The notes under the pieces were generated by a model, which saw only the letters and a list, made by a program, of their open reading frames with translations, was not told where the DNA came from and searched no databases. From NCBI GenBank assembly GCA_964106915.2, contig OZ066926.1: a DNA stretch of 64,000 nt; one strand, written 5' to 3'. Shown piece after piece: positions 34,101-46,563 of the stretch. Position 1 is the first letter of the stretch. Every line of letters begins with the position of its first letter. The DNA comes from Podarcis gaigeae (taxonomy: Eukaryota). Position numbers and translations under genes: made by a program.

Positions 34101-37100
34101 CTGGAACTGCACAGGATTTGGTTTTACCCCAGAACAAAGAACAAACCTTGGCTACAGATCACAGAATCACAGTTGGAAGGGGCCCTGTGGACCATCTTGT
34201 CTGACCCCCTGCAATGCAGGAATACGTGGCTGTCCCATATGGGGATTGAACCTGCAACCTTGGTGTTATCAGCACCGTGCTCTAACTAACTGAGCTATCC
34301 TGGCTGATGGGAGGGAGCAGCACACCTACGCCCCTCCAGTTCCCTACTTCACATCACCTTAGGAGGGTGTAGACAGTCACGCCTCAGGTCAACCCCAGCC
34401 ATACCCTTACGAGTCCCTAAAGCAGTTCATCTAGAGGCCTTCATCTAGAGAGGTGGGGGATAGCAACCTAATCTATGTCTTTGCCACATTTTCAGCCACC
34501 CACCTCCACCCAGGTTATATAGCCAACTCAAACTATAAGGCCTTTCAGTGGGAGATGGTCCAGCCCTTCATCACGCAGAACCTTACCAAAGTGCCCGTGA
34601 AGCGAGTAGGCGTCTTATACCAGGCTGTGCAGCTGTTTCCATTCTGACACACATATAGGTGGTCCATGAGGCCATTGCAGTAAAGGAAGCATTTCCCTGC
34701 GGAGGACAGCGGGACAAGAAGGAACAGCGCTCAGAGGAGGGCGGGGGCTGTTGTATCACCAGAAATCAGGTGTTCTTAACTGCTCCCTTATTTCCAATTT
34801 GTCACCTGCTCCTGAACACACGTGCCTGTCAATCTTAGGCTCATGCTGAATCCTGCAGCAGTAATGCTCATTTTTTAATTTTAAAAAATAGTTACAATTA
34901 TTAGAGTTTCATATTGTATTTCCAATGTTGTTGTTTTTGCTTTATGAACTGTCACATGGGGTGGCTATATAAATAGCAAACGTTTCATTTTTAAATGCAG
35001 TTTAGCGTTTCTGGATGCATTTGCATTCAGAACATAAAATAATAAATAAATAATAGTAAAGAGCAGTTTTCTTCATGTTTGGATCCTGCTGAAAATTCCT
35101 CCCGGCTTTGGGAATTTCTGTACCAAAACCAAAGTTATCCATGTCTCAGACGTTTCCCTAGTGTGAAAATCTAGCAGGACGTGATAAAAGACAGCTAGAC
35201 CTTGTTTGTCCCAAGATCTAATTATCAGAGGGAGTTTTCTGGTTCCAGTCTCAGCTTTTGGTCATGAAGGACAGGTCAGTGGTTTTTTTAAAAGGTATTG
35301 GTATCAATAATCACGGAATCCCTGTAGTAATGAATGTGCAAGTTAATTGGGCGCTGTATAAAACATCTATTGTCCATCTAAGGCATTGAAAAGTTAGATG
35401 TTTTCAGACTTAAGTCATAGCAGATGCAATAGACCCAAGAGCAGGTTGCAGAAGAAGATAAATAGGCTGTTTTCATGAAGACAGAACTGTGTCCTCATAA
35501 ATCTGAAATATTCTGGACATGCTACATTGGGATTGTCTACCCATGAAGCCATCACCTGCTCCCCAGAAGGCAACATCAGGGCCACCAGCCCCAACACACA
35601 GCTACTCCCTTCAACCAGACATAAATTAAAGGGGTTAAAGCAAAGAGACACAAAAGTTATGGGACACGGGAAGGAAAAGATGCACACAGAGGAGACAAAA
35701 TGCTCGCAACAGTTAAAAATAGAAGGTGGGAACAGCTTTCTACCCACCAATGCAACATGCAGTGCCAGATATATTCTGTGCTACCCAATGTTCAATTCAG
35801 CATGCAACGATGCTCAGTTTTTGCTAAAAATAAACAGGCATTTTAGCTTGCATGGCTGCAAAGAAAAATGGAAAGGACTTTTCACATCCTTTGTTAGCAA
35901 CAACAAAAAAAGCACAAGAAAAGAGGTTCAAAACTGAAGACTTTGTGGAAGCAGAATGAATTGTGTAAAATTAAAACATATCTGAAGACACTATTATTAT
36001 TTCTGATAAGAGAATTCATAGCTGGGCAGAGGGGAACAATGTACAGAATACACAAGGGCCCAATTACACGCATCTCAACTCCAGAGAGAGCTCACAGGAG
36101 AGGGGAATCTGCAGCCTTTCCACATGGAAGAGGTACTAAACAGGAAAATGCTGTTCTTTGATATAATGAGATGGTATCATTTTATGAGCCAGAGAGGGCA
36201 TCTCTGGCTGTGGCAGTCCCAAACCTAAGCAATGGTGGACCACTGGCAGTAAAAGGAGCATGTCAACATTTAATGACTGGCTGAGCTTGAAAGACGGTAC
36301 TTTAGGGAGGTGGTTAGGGTAAAACCCTTACCCCTGATGTGCTGACTTTCTATCTGTGAGGAGAAAGCAGTAACTTTCTATTTGTGAGGGAACGTTCAAC
36401 TATGCAGGTCTTCCCCCTGCAGACACAATATGTGCCGAGCTCACAAACGTCACAACATTCTTTGGACTCAAGAAGCTGCACGCTTGCACCAGCATCTACG
36501 ATGAGGTATTCATACAAATATCACACACTATGATGCTATGAAGCAGGTCCAAGGCAGAAATATTTAGATCAGCGGGACCAAAAGGGACAAATTAGGCCAT
36601 GCTCACCCATCCAATGCCTCTGAACAAGGATGGACAAATTGGTGAAACATGGGGAAGATGATGTAACTTACTTAGTAGGACATGAAAAGACAGGAAAATA
36701 AAATTGGTGAGCACCTCAAGTCATTCTCCCTGCACCCCGTCTCTGGGACATCAGGGATACCTTATTATTCTGAAGTCCTGGTTTCAACCAAGACAGTAAT
36801 GGCATGTTATGAAGGGCTACCACAACTAGTTTTACTTTTCTTGGCAGAGGAGATCTGTGGACATTAACGCATCAAGAGAGGAAGGGCCAAGTGAGGTGCG
36901 CATGGGGATATTTGAGAAGAAGCCAACACGGGCATCCCAGCACAATTTGAGCCCTCACACGTTCTTCTGAATGCTCTGTGCCAGGAATACAACGAAGACA
37001 GATGAACACCAGCGCCTTTGGTGAAGGAGGGATAGGATCATTCTCCCCCGAGAGCTGGAAGGCAGAGGAAGGAAGAACAAGCTCCCAGCACTCTCTTTGG

Positions 37101-40100
37101 GAGCATGAACAGTATGCAAAGAGGAGCGCTGCTAGATCAGGCCAAAGGCCCATCTAGTCCCACATGGCTCTCACAGTGGCCAACCAGATGCTCATGGAAA
37201 TAGTAAAAGGGTCAGAGCTGCATCCAAAGAGAATGGCAGCTTATATGGGAAAGCATCTGATATACTCACATTTGGGCTGCTGAATGCTCCAGGGCATACA
37301 CTGTACTGAAAACACTGAAAAAGACATAACATGGAAATACTTAGAGAGAGGTGAGGGAGGAAGAACAGCTGAAGGGACATGAGGACCCTTAGTTGAAGCA
37401 GTGGCTAAGAAGTAGCTGTCTGGGGACTCTGGCTGCAAAAAGATTGTGCAATACAGTCTGCAATACAGATTGTGATTTCCCCCATGCACCTGGCTATTTT
37501 TTTTAACCCATAATTTTCTAGACCCAAATGGCTTGGGGCAACGATGGGAAACCCTGTGGCCTTTCAGATGCTGTTGGACTACAACTCCCATCATCCTTGA
37601 TTGCTGGCAATGCTGGTGGAGGCTGATGAAAGTCAGAGTCCAAGAATATCTAGAAAGCCCAGGTTTTCTGGTAACCTGAGGAGGGCTTCCAGCAGATATG
37701 GGGCACTACTCCAAGGTAAGACATTGAGGATGGAAAGAGATGGATGGCTTAATGTTCATTGGGAGGGTTAAACAATTTTGTCAAGTCCCACTAACATACG
37801 GGCACAAGCCAGTTATGGGCTAAGCAAAATGACTCAAGAGGCCGTGGTTATCAAACCACTCAGCATGACACACTACAAAGCAAGCTACAGTCTAGTCCAG
37901 AGCCACTCACAATGAAGCCCTAGCAGTGCACTTCCTTTAAGGGTGAATTTTCATCATACGGGAAAAACAGTAGAGTCCTCCAGGAACATAGGTGGGGAAA
38001 GTTGCAGGTTTGTATGCTGCCCCCAATCAAAAACTCCCTCATTCTGGAAAACCAGCTCAGTGGGGAAAAGGCTATTTGTGTACAAGGAATTCTTCTGGGT
38101 TGAGGGACAGCATTTAAACATGGAAGCCCCCACTCTCCGGTTGCATTCTGAAGTACAGTTCCAGAAATCTCTGCACCGAGGGCTTTTCTTGAACTTTAAG
38201 GTTGGCTCCAAGCCCACAGAGCTTTTATGTATGTCAAAGCAGTTTTGAAATTTAAGGCCAACGGCATCCAAGAGATGGAAGGTTGCTCCCTAATGGCTTC
38301 CAGTCCAAAAAGGAAGAATTGCTTACCTTTAGAGAAAGGTGTCCTCTGAGCCTGCAATCTGATCTTCACCACATCCAAGGGTGTGACTGAAAGCACAACA
38401 CAAAAGGGACTGTTTATATCAAGAGGTTTTTTAATGCTTGATGTTTTTAGAATGTTTTAAGATTTGTTTTTAGGAGGTAATTTAATTATTGTTTGATTTT
38501 ATACCAATGTTATATATTTGATGTTAGCTGCCCTGAGCCAAGTCTCAGCCGCAGAGGGCAGGATATAAATAAAAGTTGTTTATTATTATTATTATTGATA
38601 TGCAGAGTGGCTGGGGAAACCCAGTCACATGGGTGGGGTATTTAATTTTTAATAATAATAATACAGCACATTTTACAGAACAGAACAGACATATGCCCAG
38701 TATCCCAGAGCTAGAGGATCAGAGAGAAGCAGGTTTGGATAAGTGCAGAGTAGCAACTGGGAAGATCACTAAAGATGCTTTCTGAATATAACACAATGTG
38801 AGGTTAAAATTTCCTTCCTTTTGTTCCCCACTCACCTTATGAATGGGTGCATCCAGTTTTGTGAGTGAGGGAAGGGGAAAGAAGGATATCAAACACTATG
38901 CTACCCCTACTCCTGCAAAGTATTTTTAGAAGATGTGGCAATGCACCTGGGTGAACCTGGCGAACTGGTATGTTGCTGTACTCTTGGATTATGTTTACCT
39001 GAAGGAAGGAATGGCAATGTACTGCTTGAACTTCAAAGAAACACACTCTCAAGGGAACCGCCCTGAAGCCTGGCAAATGAGTACAGGTGCGGCAACTGTG
39101 CTGGAAATACAGTGGTACCTCGGGTTAAGAACTTAATTCGTTCTGGAGGTCTGTTCTTAAATGTTCTTAACCTGAGGTAACACTTTAGCTAATGGGGCCT
39201 CCCGCTGCTGCCGCACGATTTCTGTTCTCATCCTGAAACAAAGTTCTTAACCCAAGGTACTATTTCTGGGTTAGCGAAGTCTGTAACCTGAAGCTTCTGT
39301 AACCTGAAGTGTCTGTAACCCAAGGTACCACTGTATTTCCCTCCCTGAGAAGAGATTCTTCCACCTCCAGGTAAAGATTTTTGGATGCAAGAGTGATGTG
39401 TGCCTTCACTTTTTATTCAGAAGAAAGTGCGTTTCAACTACCAGAAGTTTGAGAAAAGCTGGACTAAGGACTGGTTCACAGGTGCACCATCTGACTTGCT
39501 AATGAACATGTACATTGCCTCTAATGGGAAGTATTGTGGCAGAGGCAAAGTGAAACTACGTAACAGTCACCAGCCATTGGCGCAGTACTTGAGTGATGAA
39601 CATCACATGTGAACACGGCCCAAATTGTTCAATCTAAGATACTATGACTGGGCAGAAGAGAAGCAGTGCTCTTCTTGGTGCATCCCAATCAAACAATTAA
39701 TGGCAAAAGGCTACTTTATACCATCCTAACCACATGGCCATGGTGTTGGTTGACAGTAAACAGGCCCAGCTTGCAAAGTGGCGAACCAGTTATGTAACTA
39801 CTTCTCCGCAGGTCCAGTTCCTTATTCTTCAATGCACATCACATTTTCACAAAGCCAGAGCATAGACAAGGTGGCCAGCAGCAATGGAGCAGCAAAACAT
39901 GAGGCATACACAGGAAGGAAAATAAGCCAGGCTAGTTGAAGCCACACACAGAAGTGCAAACCACGCCTTCTAGTCACCGCACATTTTTGGTATGCATCCA
40001 TATCACTCGAACTGGCCCAGGAAAAACTGCAGAATAAATGCAGGGTACCTACCAAAAAGAGAGGTGAAGAGGGCCCCAGTTCCAGATGCCAGCATCTGCT

Positions 40101-40149
40101 GCATGGGGGTAATGCCCCCCTGCGTACTTCCAGATGAATTTTCAGTCAT
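27958..40149 (-). CDS. SLC25A39: Solute carrier family 25 member 39 (mitochondrial glutathione carrier), 11 coding exons, 356 aa
   Basis: Exons in transcription order 40149-40053, 38386-38327, 37314-37270, 34696-34587, 33777-33710, 32841-32717, 30874-30701, 30000-29891, 28878-28797, 28657-28577, 28076-27958; total 1071 nt, all GT-AG. Three carrier signatures [24 protein letters not shown]; Cys-rich loop [22 protein letters not shown]. Next to RUNDC3A and has the 45-nt loop exon, favouring SLC25A39 over SLC25A40. Confidence 0.94.
28577..28657 (-). CDS. SLC25A39: SLC25A39 coding exon 10
   Basis: ctgctcag|, [26 protein letters not shown](G), |gtgact. Confidence 0.94.
28797..28878 (-). CDS. SLC25A39: SLC25A39 coding exon 9
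   Basis: ttccccag|, [27 protein letters not shown](V), |gtgagg. Confidence 0.95.
29891..30000 (-). CDS. SLC25A39: SLC25A39 coding exon 8
   Basis: ccccacag|, [36 protein letters not shown], |gtgagt. Confidence 0.95.
30701..30874 (-). CDS. SLC25A39: SLC25A39 coding exon 7
   Basis: ttccctag|, [57 protein letters not shown](A), |gtatgg. Confidence 0.95.
31097..31149. repeat. (TTA)n/(TTTA)n microsatellite (LINE tail)
   Basis: directly visible, adjoining the L2-like remnant. Confidence 0.9.
32717..32841 (-). CDS. SLC25A39: SLC25A39 coding exon 6
   Basis: ttttaacag|, [41 protein letters not shown](L), |gtgagt. Confidence 0.95.
33710..33777 (-). CDS. SLC25A39: SLC25A39 coding exon 5
   Basis: cttccag|, [22 protein letters not shown](L), |gtgagt. 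Confidence 0.95.
34159..34305 (-). mobile_element. Short SINE with tRNA-Ile-like head and CR1-like tail
   Basis: - strand gatagctcagttagttagagcacggtgctgataacaccaaggttgcaggttcaatcccc followed by cccttccaactgtgattct; related copies ~29330-29470 and ~43395-43535. Confidence 0.6.
34587..34696 (-). CDS. SLC25A39: SLC25A39 coding exon 4 (Cys-rich loop)
   Basis: ctccgcag|, [36 protein letters not shown], |gtaagg. Confidence 0.95.
37270..37314 (-). CDS. SLC25A39: SLC25A39 coding exon 3 (45-nt matrix-loop exon)
   Basis: tctttttcag|, (V)[14 protein letters not shown](W), |gtgagt; phase 1-1, position matches the W...K(W) loop exon remembered from orthologues. Confidence 0.8.
38327..38386 (-). CDS. SLC25A39: SLC25A39 coding exon 2
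   Basis: ctttcag|, [19 protein letters not shown], |gtaagc. Confidence 0.95.
38420..38598 (+). mobile_element. LINE (L2-like) 3' end remnant
   Basis: gttagctgccctgagcc..gagggcaggatataaataaa followed by (att)n; similar pieces at ~57340-57445 and ~31100-31230 (-). Confidence 0.5.
39110..39333. mobile_element. Tigger-like MITE (same family as 191-404)
   Basis: cagtggtacc...ggtaccactg TIRs, TA duplication, shared internal sequence. Confidence 0.85.
40053..40149 (-). CDS. SLC25A39: SLC25A39 first coding exon (exon begins at 40161)
   Basis: [32 protein letters not shown](V), donor G|GTAGGT; acceptor gttttacag| 12 nt upstream of the ATG. Confidence 0.92.
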
Positions 40150-40268
40150 TGTGCTGCTCACCTGTAAAACAACGATAGGGCCTGTCATAAGTCAGCTGCA
40201 ACATGATTGCAGGAGCAATGCTTTCTAAGGTAGCCATTTTAATGCTGCTGGTCTGCTCTATCTATCTA

Positions 40269-40678
40269 CCATACTTTTCCGTGTATAAGACTAGGTTTTT
40301 TTCTTTAAAAATTATGCTGAAAAGTGGGGGGTCATCTTATACATGGAAAGTGCATAGGGTGGAGGTTTGATTGGTTGCTGCCGCGGCTGTCAACAGCTAT
40401 TGGTCGTGTTACTGGTTGCTGTGTCAATGGCTGGTGTTGATTGGCCGATGCTGCGGCAATTGGGCAAGCGATTGGCATCTTCGGCCACTGAAGGGACAGA
40501 CGAGAGGCAGATTTTTAGACGCGTGCAAGTGAGCAAATTATGGCAATCCCCCCTGAAAAAAGCTCAACAACTGTGTGTAATCCCCCCCCAGAAGCTCAAT
40601 GACTCTATGCCATCTCCCCCCATTTTCTTAAATTTGAGCCCCCAAAATAGGGGGCATCCTATACACGGAAAAGTACGG
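40269..40678. mobile_element. Tc1/mariner-pogo type non-autonomous DNA transposon
   Basis: TIR ccatacttttccgtgtata / tatacacggaaaagtacgg flanked by TA. Confidence 0.78.
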
Positions 40679-43600
40679 TATCTTATCTAATAAAATATAT
40701 ACACCACTTGATTGTTAAAACCTCAAAGCAGTTTACAAAAAAACAAAAACCAGTTAAACTATCAGCAAAAACTGTTACAAACAACTATTTAAACCATTCA
40801 AAAAATTAAAATCAGCAATAAACTACTGTATTTATAAACTAAACAAACATCTTCCTCTCTCGACTCAAACAGCGTCTGCATATGTGTATTATTATCATAA
40901 TCATTATTATTATTTTTACGGAAGTCCAGCAAAGCCTCTTAGAACATGGATAATGGTGCTCAAGCCTTTTCCCTTTGCAAAATTACTACAGTGCTTCACT
41001 ATGCAAGACATCACAACGATTTACAGGGGGGAAATGCAACCTTCCCAAGAAAATAATGTTAATGGAAAGGCAGCTCAATAAGCTGTTTCTTCTAGCCTGA
41101 AAAATGTTTAAGCATCCTACCTTCAAAAGAGTATCTGATTCAAAAGCAATCTGAATTTGCAACCACAAAGGGCATAATCACAAAAAATTACAGCTGTTAT
41201 ATTTACAGGCAGCTTACAAGTTGAAGTGCTCAACTACAGCAGTACAATGAATTAGTGCCCATTGTTCAGTCTGCGGTCATTATTTTATGAAGGCTTACGG
41301 CACAATCTTATATAGGATTATTCAGCCCTTGAGTTGCATGGGGTTTAGTTACAAACATGAAATTGGCTTCAAGCTTTCAGATGCCACAGGCAACTGCCTA
41401 TATTATGCATGGGTCACAAGTGGGCTCTAATGTACTGGCACATTTCTTGTGCCCAATCTCCTTGACTGCTGTCCAGACTTGCAAGAAACCCCACCCAACA
41501 TGAGCTTTCACATCCAGTCCTAGTTGACAGCTATTATCTGCACAGCTACAGAAAGGGGTGAGGCTTCTCGACTGCACATGCTGCTTATACAATCAGCTTT
41601 TCAGAAGGGGGCAGGATGATGCTAGCTGGCAGCTGATAAGCAAGAGCCTCTGAGCTACTTGCAAAAGGGGTGGGATAAAACTCTTAACACCACCATCACC
41701 CTGCTTCATTTTGAACAGAGCCGTTCAGTGTACAGGCTTGAGGGGGGAAAGTAGTACGGTATTCGATTATTTACAAAACTCAGAGTTTTGATTCTGGATA
41801 GAGCAACTGGATTACAGAAGCAGAGTTGTTTGATGAACAATAATGGGAATAATATGCTTGTTTTTCTATTGTTTTTTAATGTAAATTTTAAAAATGCTGA
41901 CGCTATAGCACAGGCACAGCCCATACCCATCCACGTACCTCTACAAGCCTAGAAGCAGGTCAACACAGTGCAGGGAATAGTGTATGGTTTTGGAAAAGGA
42001 GATCCGCAAACTCTGTTATTAAATTGCATTTAGGCCTCAGTCTCCTATTCGTTTCTGATGAAACAGATTTTGAAACATCATCACTTCTATAGCACTTCTA
42101 CATAGGGGGAACGTGCATTAGAATTCTTATCTCAGGTTATCTTCAGAATGAGTCAGCAAATTGGACAGGGCAAAAAGTATGCAGTATGCAGTAATTTTGT
42201 GGCCGTCATGCCCTACTGTCCCTCTCACAATCTGAAGCTCACCAACAACATCTCTGTGCTATTGCAAGCTGATGGAATCATTCTGCATGCCTCCATTCTT
42301 CTGTCTCTAGCCCACTACTTTAGCAGGGGTTCTTCCTCCCGTGTCTACACATGCACACAAACACGGTATTGAGGAAGTGAAACAGACAGCACTGTCACTG
42401 TTTCTTCTCTCTCTCCTAGGGCAAACAGCATGGCAGCCACAAGAGTTCCTCTCTGCGTTCTTAGAGTGCAGAAAACAAAGACCTTCAATCACAAAGCCGA
42501 TTAACCCCATGCACATTGCAATTTAATGCTGTCTTTCAGCACTGCTGAGGATGAAGGTGGGTACAACTGGATGGATTACCCAGGTGCAACTGCTACTTGC
42601 CTAGGTGAGCAGCCAAGTGGCAAAGCTGCTCCAGCTCAACCCTCTGTGTGACGCCAGCCCCCAATAATTCAGGGAAAAGAAATCCCTTAAGCTCTTTATT
42701 GAGCTGGGATGTACATGGCAGAAAACCCTCCGTTTCTTACCTTACCATGCTATAACACAGACTCAAGGCATTTTGCATGCAAGCACAGCAGCCCAGAATT
42801 AACTGAAAGAAGCTTCAAAAGCCCATTCTGCCCTGCAGGATCGGCTGGGCAGGGGGGAAATATAGGCCACACCCAGTCCAGGGATGTCAGTATGCATCAC
42901 AAATGCCCACAGAAGCAAAAGGAATTTGCCCAAATACTGAACACTTTGTGCAGCATAGGATTTGTGTGAGTTGGTGGACAAAATGGAGAGCTGGGCATCT
43001 TGCAGTTTTTAAGAACAGCATCGTACTCTGGGCTGCACAACTTCAGGGTGCAGGTGTGGAAATAACCGAGTGCCCCTCTCTCTGCATAAACAAAGGTTCT
43101 AGCCTCCTTGATATCCAGTGTTCCTACATGAAGATAATTCCATATGGAGGAACATTCAGTCAAGTAATTCCTCCTCCTGCAGCAGTGGTACAACACATAC
43201 TGAGGTTTACTACTCCTTTGATAAGGCAGAGGAGGGATCACCGAATCACCTAATCCCCATCTCTAACTGTACAGCCAGTGTGGTGTAGTGGTTAGAGGAT
43301 TGGACTAGGACTGGGAGACCACAGTTCTGCTGGAGTAACTGCGCATAAGAAGAGGTTACTATACGTCAGGAGCGTAAATCACCCCATGGATCACATAATC
43401 ATAGAACTACAGAGTTGGAAGGGACTCAGAGGATCATCTAGTCCAACTCCATGCATTGCAGGTACATGCAGCAGCCCCATATGGGATCAAACCTGCAACC
43501 TTGGCATTAATTATCAGCATCATGCTCTAATCGCTATGGTAATGCCCCAGTGCCCCAACAATATCTGTGATTAATGCATATCAGCTGAGTGGTGTCTGAC

Positions 43601-44753
43601 TGTAAGTGGGTAAGCCAGTCAGTTGTCCAGTATTACGTCCTGAATTGCTGGACTTATTTAGAGCAACAGAGATACTTTGTACTTGCATGGATCCATATGT
43701 ATTTGTATCTGCAAAAGCCTACAAGCTGTGTATATCTACGCCCATAACTGTTTTATGGAGCCTTATTTTCTGCAACAGTAAAGCATCTGAACCTTTCTCT
43801 ACTTCTGTGTGGGGACTGGTACTGGAAGCAACTTCCACTGTGTGGGTATCTCACCTGAGATTCCCAGCAAAATCCCTGCTTGGTCATGAAGCTCACAGGG
43901 TGACATGGGACCAGTCACAGTCTCTCAGCTTAACTTACCTCCCAGGATTGTGAAACAAAACAGGGGGGAAGAGAACCATATACTATGTCACCTTGAGCTC
44001 CTTGGAGGAAAAGGTAGGCTATAACTGCAATCAATCAACTCAGAGATGGGATAGGCTATATTTTTAAAAATCGTAACACATGCTCACCCATTTTTTTCCC
44101 TTGAAAACCAACCAGATATGGAAACACATGCAACACACTTCTGAAATGAGCCAGGAGCCAGTTGCACTTTGCGGCTGGCAACAGGCCTTTTGTGACTGGA
44201 TGGAGATGTCTGGGTGCCACCTTTGACACCTAACATCTCCACCTGCCTGGCTGCAGTCAGCTGGTCTGCTGGGTACCATGGCAGCAAAAGATGTGTGTCT
44301 TTTGCTGCCACGCTACCCTGCAGAATACCTGATTTGCCGGCAATTAAAAAAAAATTCTGCTGCTACACTTCTGGGCAAATCAGATGGTCTGTGGGATAGT
44401 GTGGCAGGAAACAAAATGGCACCTAAACATGTCGCTTTGGCATCCACAACCCAAGTCCCAGGAGCCACTTGGCACCTAGTTTTCCTATGCCAGTTTCTAA
44501 CACTGGTCCAGGCTCCTACCTGACCCTCTAACTCTCCCCAGCCACACCCCCTCTCAAGGCTGTTGCTTCCTTGAGTGTTTGCTGGGCTGGAATGTGTCTG
44601 TGACCTCTGACAATGCTTTTTGATTGTCTGGATGGAGGATAGAAAGGGGTATGTGCATGGGTAGAGAAACTAACCTACCATATCAAGGTAGGTTAGTAGG
44701 TTGAGAGTCATTACTCTGGCCACTTTTGCCTCTGGCTCCACCTACCACTAGGA

Positions 44754-44889
44754 CAATGTTTCTCAAACTTGTGTCCTCAGCTGTTGTTGGACTACAATAT
44801 GTATCACCCCTGACCACAGGTCCTGCTAACTAGGAATGATGGGAGTTGTAGTCCAACAACAGCTGGGGGCACAAGTTTGAGAAACACTG
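44754..44889. mobile_element. hAT-type palindromic MITE (same core)
   Basis: inverted arms; 8-bp TSD cactagga / cactagaa. Confidence 0.8.
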
Positions 44890-45213
44890 CACTAGAATAT
44901 AGCCCTGGCAAAGACTGCCCAGAAAGGAATGTGGTGCTTGGGCTGAAAAAAGTTCCCTATGAAGCGAAAGACCTCACTTCTCTATCGTCACTGGGTAGTA
45001 GTTGTGCAAGCGGTGCTATAGATCTCTAGCAGACAATTCTCAGCATCCTGATAATGCTACAATTCCCTGGATTCTCTGGGGGAATCTTTAATAACAGTTT
45101 GTAGATACTCTCCAAGTCAAAAATTAGTTTAACATGCCTAGGATCTGGTGTTTAAATCCCCAAGCTGTTTTCCACTGGTTGTTCAGACTGAGGAAGTTGG
45201 AAAGGTGCTGGTA

Positions 45214-45454
45214 CAGTGGTACCTCTAGTTACGAACTTAATTCGTTCCGGAGGTCCGTTCTTAACTTGAAACTGTTCTTAACTAGAGGCGTGCTTTCGCT
45301 AATGGGGCCTCTTGCTGCTGCTGTGCCGCCGGCACACGATTTCCATTCTCATCCTGGGGCAAAGTTCTCAAATCAAGGTAACTCTTCCAGGTTAGCGGAG
45401 TTTGTTACCTGAAGCATTTGTAACCTGATGTGTTTGTAACTTGAGGTACCACTG
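45214..45454. mobile_element. Tigger-like MITE (same family, more diverged)
   Basis: cagtggtacctc...gaggtaccactg TIRs, TA duplication. Confidence 0.82.
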
Positions 45455-46171
45455 TATATTTAAAAGAAGCCTTCTCTCTCCATCTCATATTTGAGTCACA
45501 GATTATATTCAGATTCTTATTTATTATGTGAGCAAAATTATTTGTCCTGCCAGAAGATCATGCTCTGAAAGAGCAATAATCAGTACCAGATGGCAAGCTT
45601 AGAGGTTTTTAAAAGCACAAATTCACTATGGAGATTTCAAAAAGCAATTAGATTTTGCAATTCATGAAGGCTTTCTAGACATTGTACCCCAGCTTGTCCT
45701 ACCTATAAATAAATAACTTTTCCCACACAGCTTCCAAAGGCTTCTAGACACTTCTGCAATCTTTAATAACAGCAATAAAAACAGTAATTAATTGAATTGC
45801 AAAGTTCATCTTTCTACACAATAAAAGACAAAGTTGTGCTACCAAGCATATTAAACATTTACTCCACAGCCAAGGGTCAAGGAACAATTATGCAGTGACT
45901 TTGACTGACCCTCCCCATCCCCCGTCTTCCCATACTGGCTCAGATCCCAGCAAAAGCATGCTTCTCTAGTTCTGACCTCCAAATGTCTCAACTGTACTAT
46001 AACTTAAAGCTCATTGACTATTTGGAGGCCACACAAATACTGATCTCAGCTATAAAGCCTCTCCTAAACCATAGGCCACTTAAAAATTTCAGAAGCATGC
46101 ACCCAGCCAGATATATCTGCTTTTCTCCCTCCAATTCTAGTTGCCACATACCTTAATATTTCCTTCTTCCC

Positions 46172-46177
<6 letters not shown>

Positions 46178-46226
<49 letters not shown>
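46178..46226. repeat. compound (TC)n(AC)n microsatellite
   Basis: directly visible. Confidence 0.95.
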
Positions 46227-46563
46227 GCACAGTGCCTCATTTCTCAGTATCTAGAGCAGGTGTGAGAACTGTAATCTATTGGTGGATGACAGGTCAGTTT
46301 TTGATAACCTATAGCCTGCAGTTTGCTGGGATTTTTGCAAGGGATGTTGGGGTACGTAGATCTAGATCTGATCTAATAACACATCATTGGAGTACAGAGA
46401 GGCTAGGAAGATGAAAAGGTAGACCACACAAAACTACAGTCTGTCTACCACTTATCTAGCTGCACATGGACACCTTCATTCCTGAAGCAGATTAATAGTT
46501 CTCGAACCATGGATTCAAACATTTGGGGGGGGGGGTTGCATTTCCCAGCACACATGTCTAGAC

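Noticed and set aside
34235-34303. tRNA-Ile-like sequence on - strand
   Set aside because: Fused to a CR1-like tail and present in three degenerate copies, so it is a SINE.
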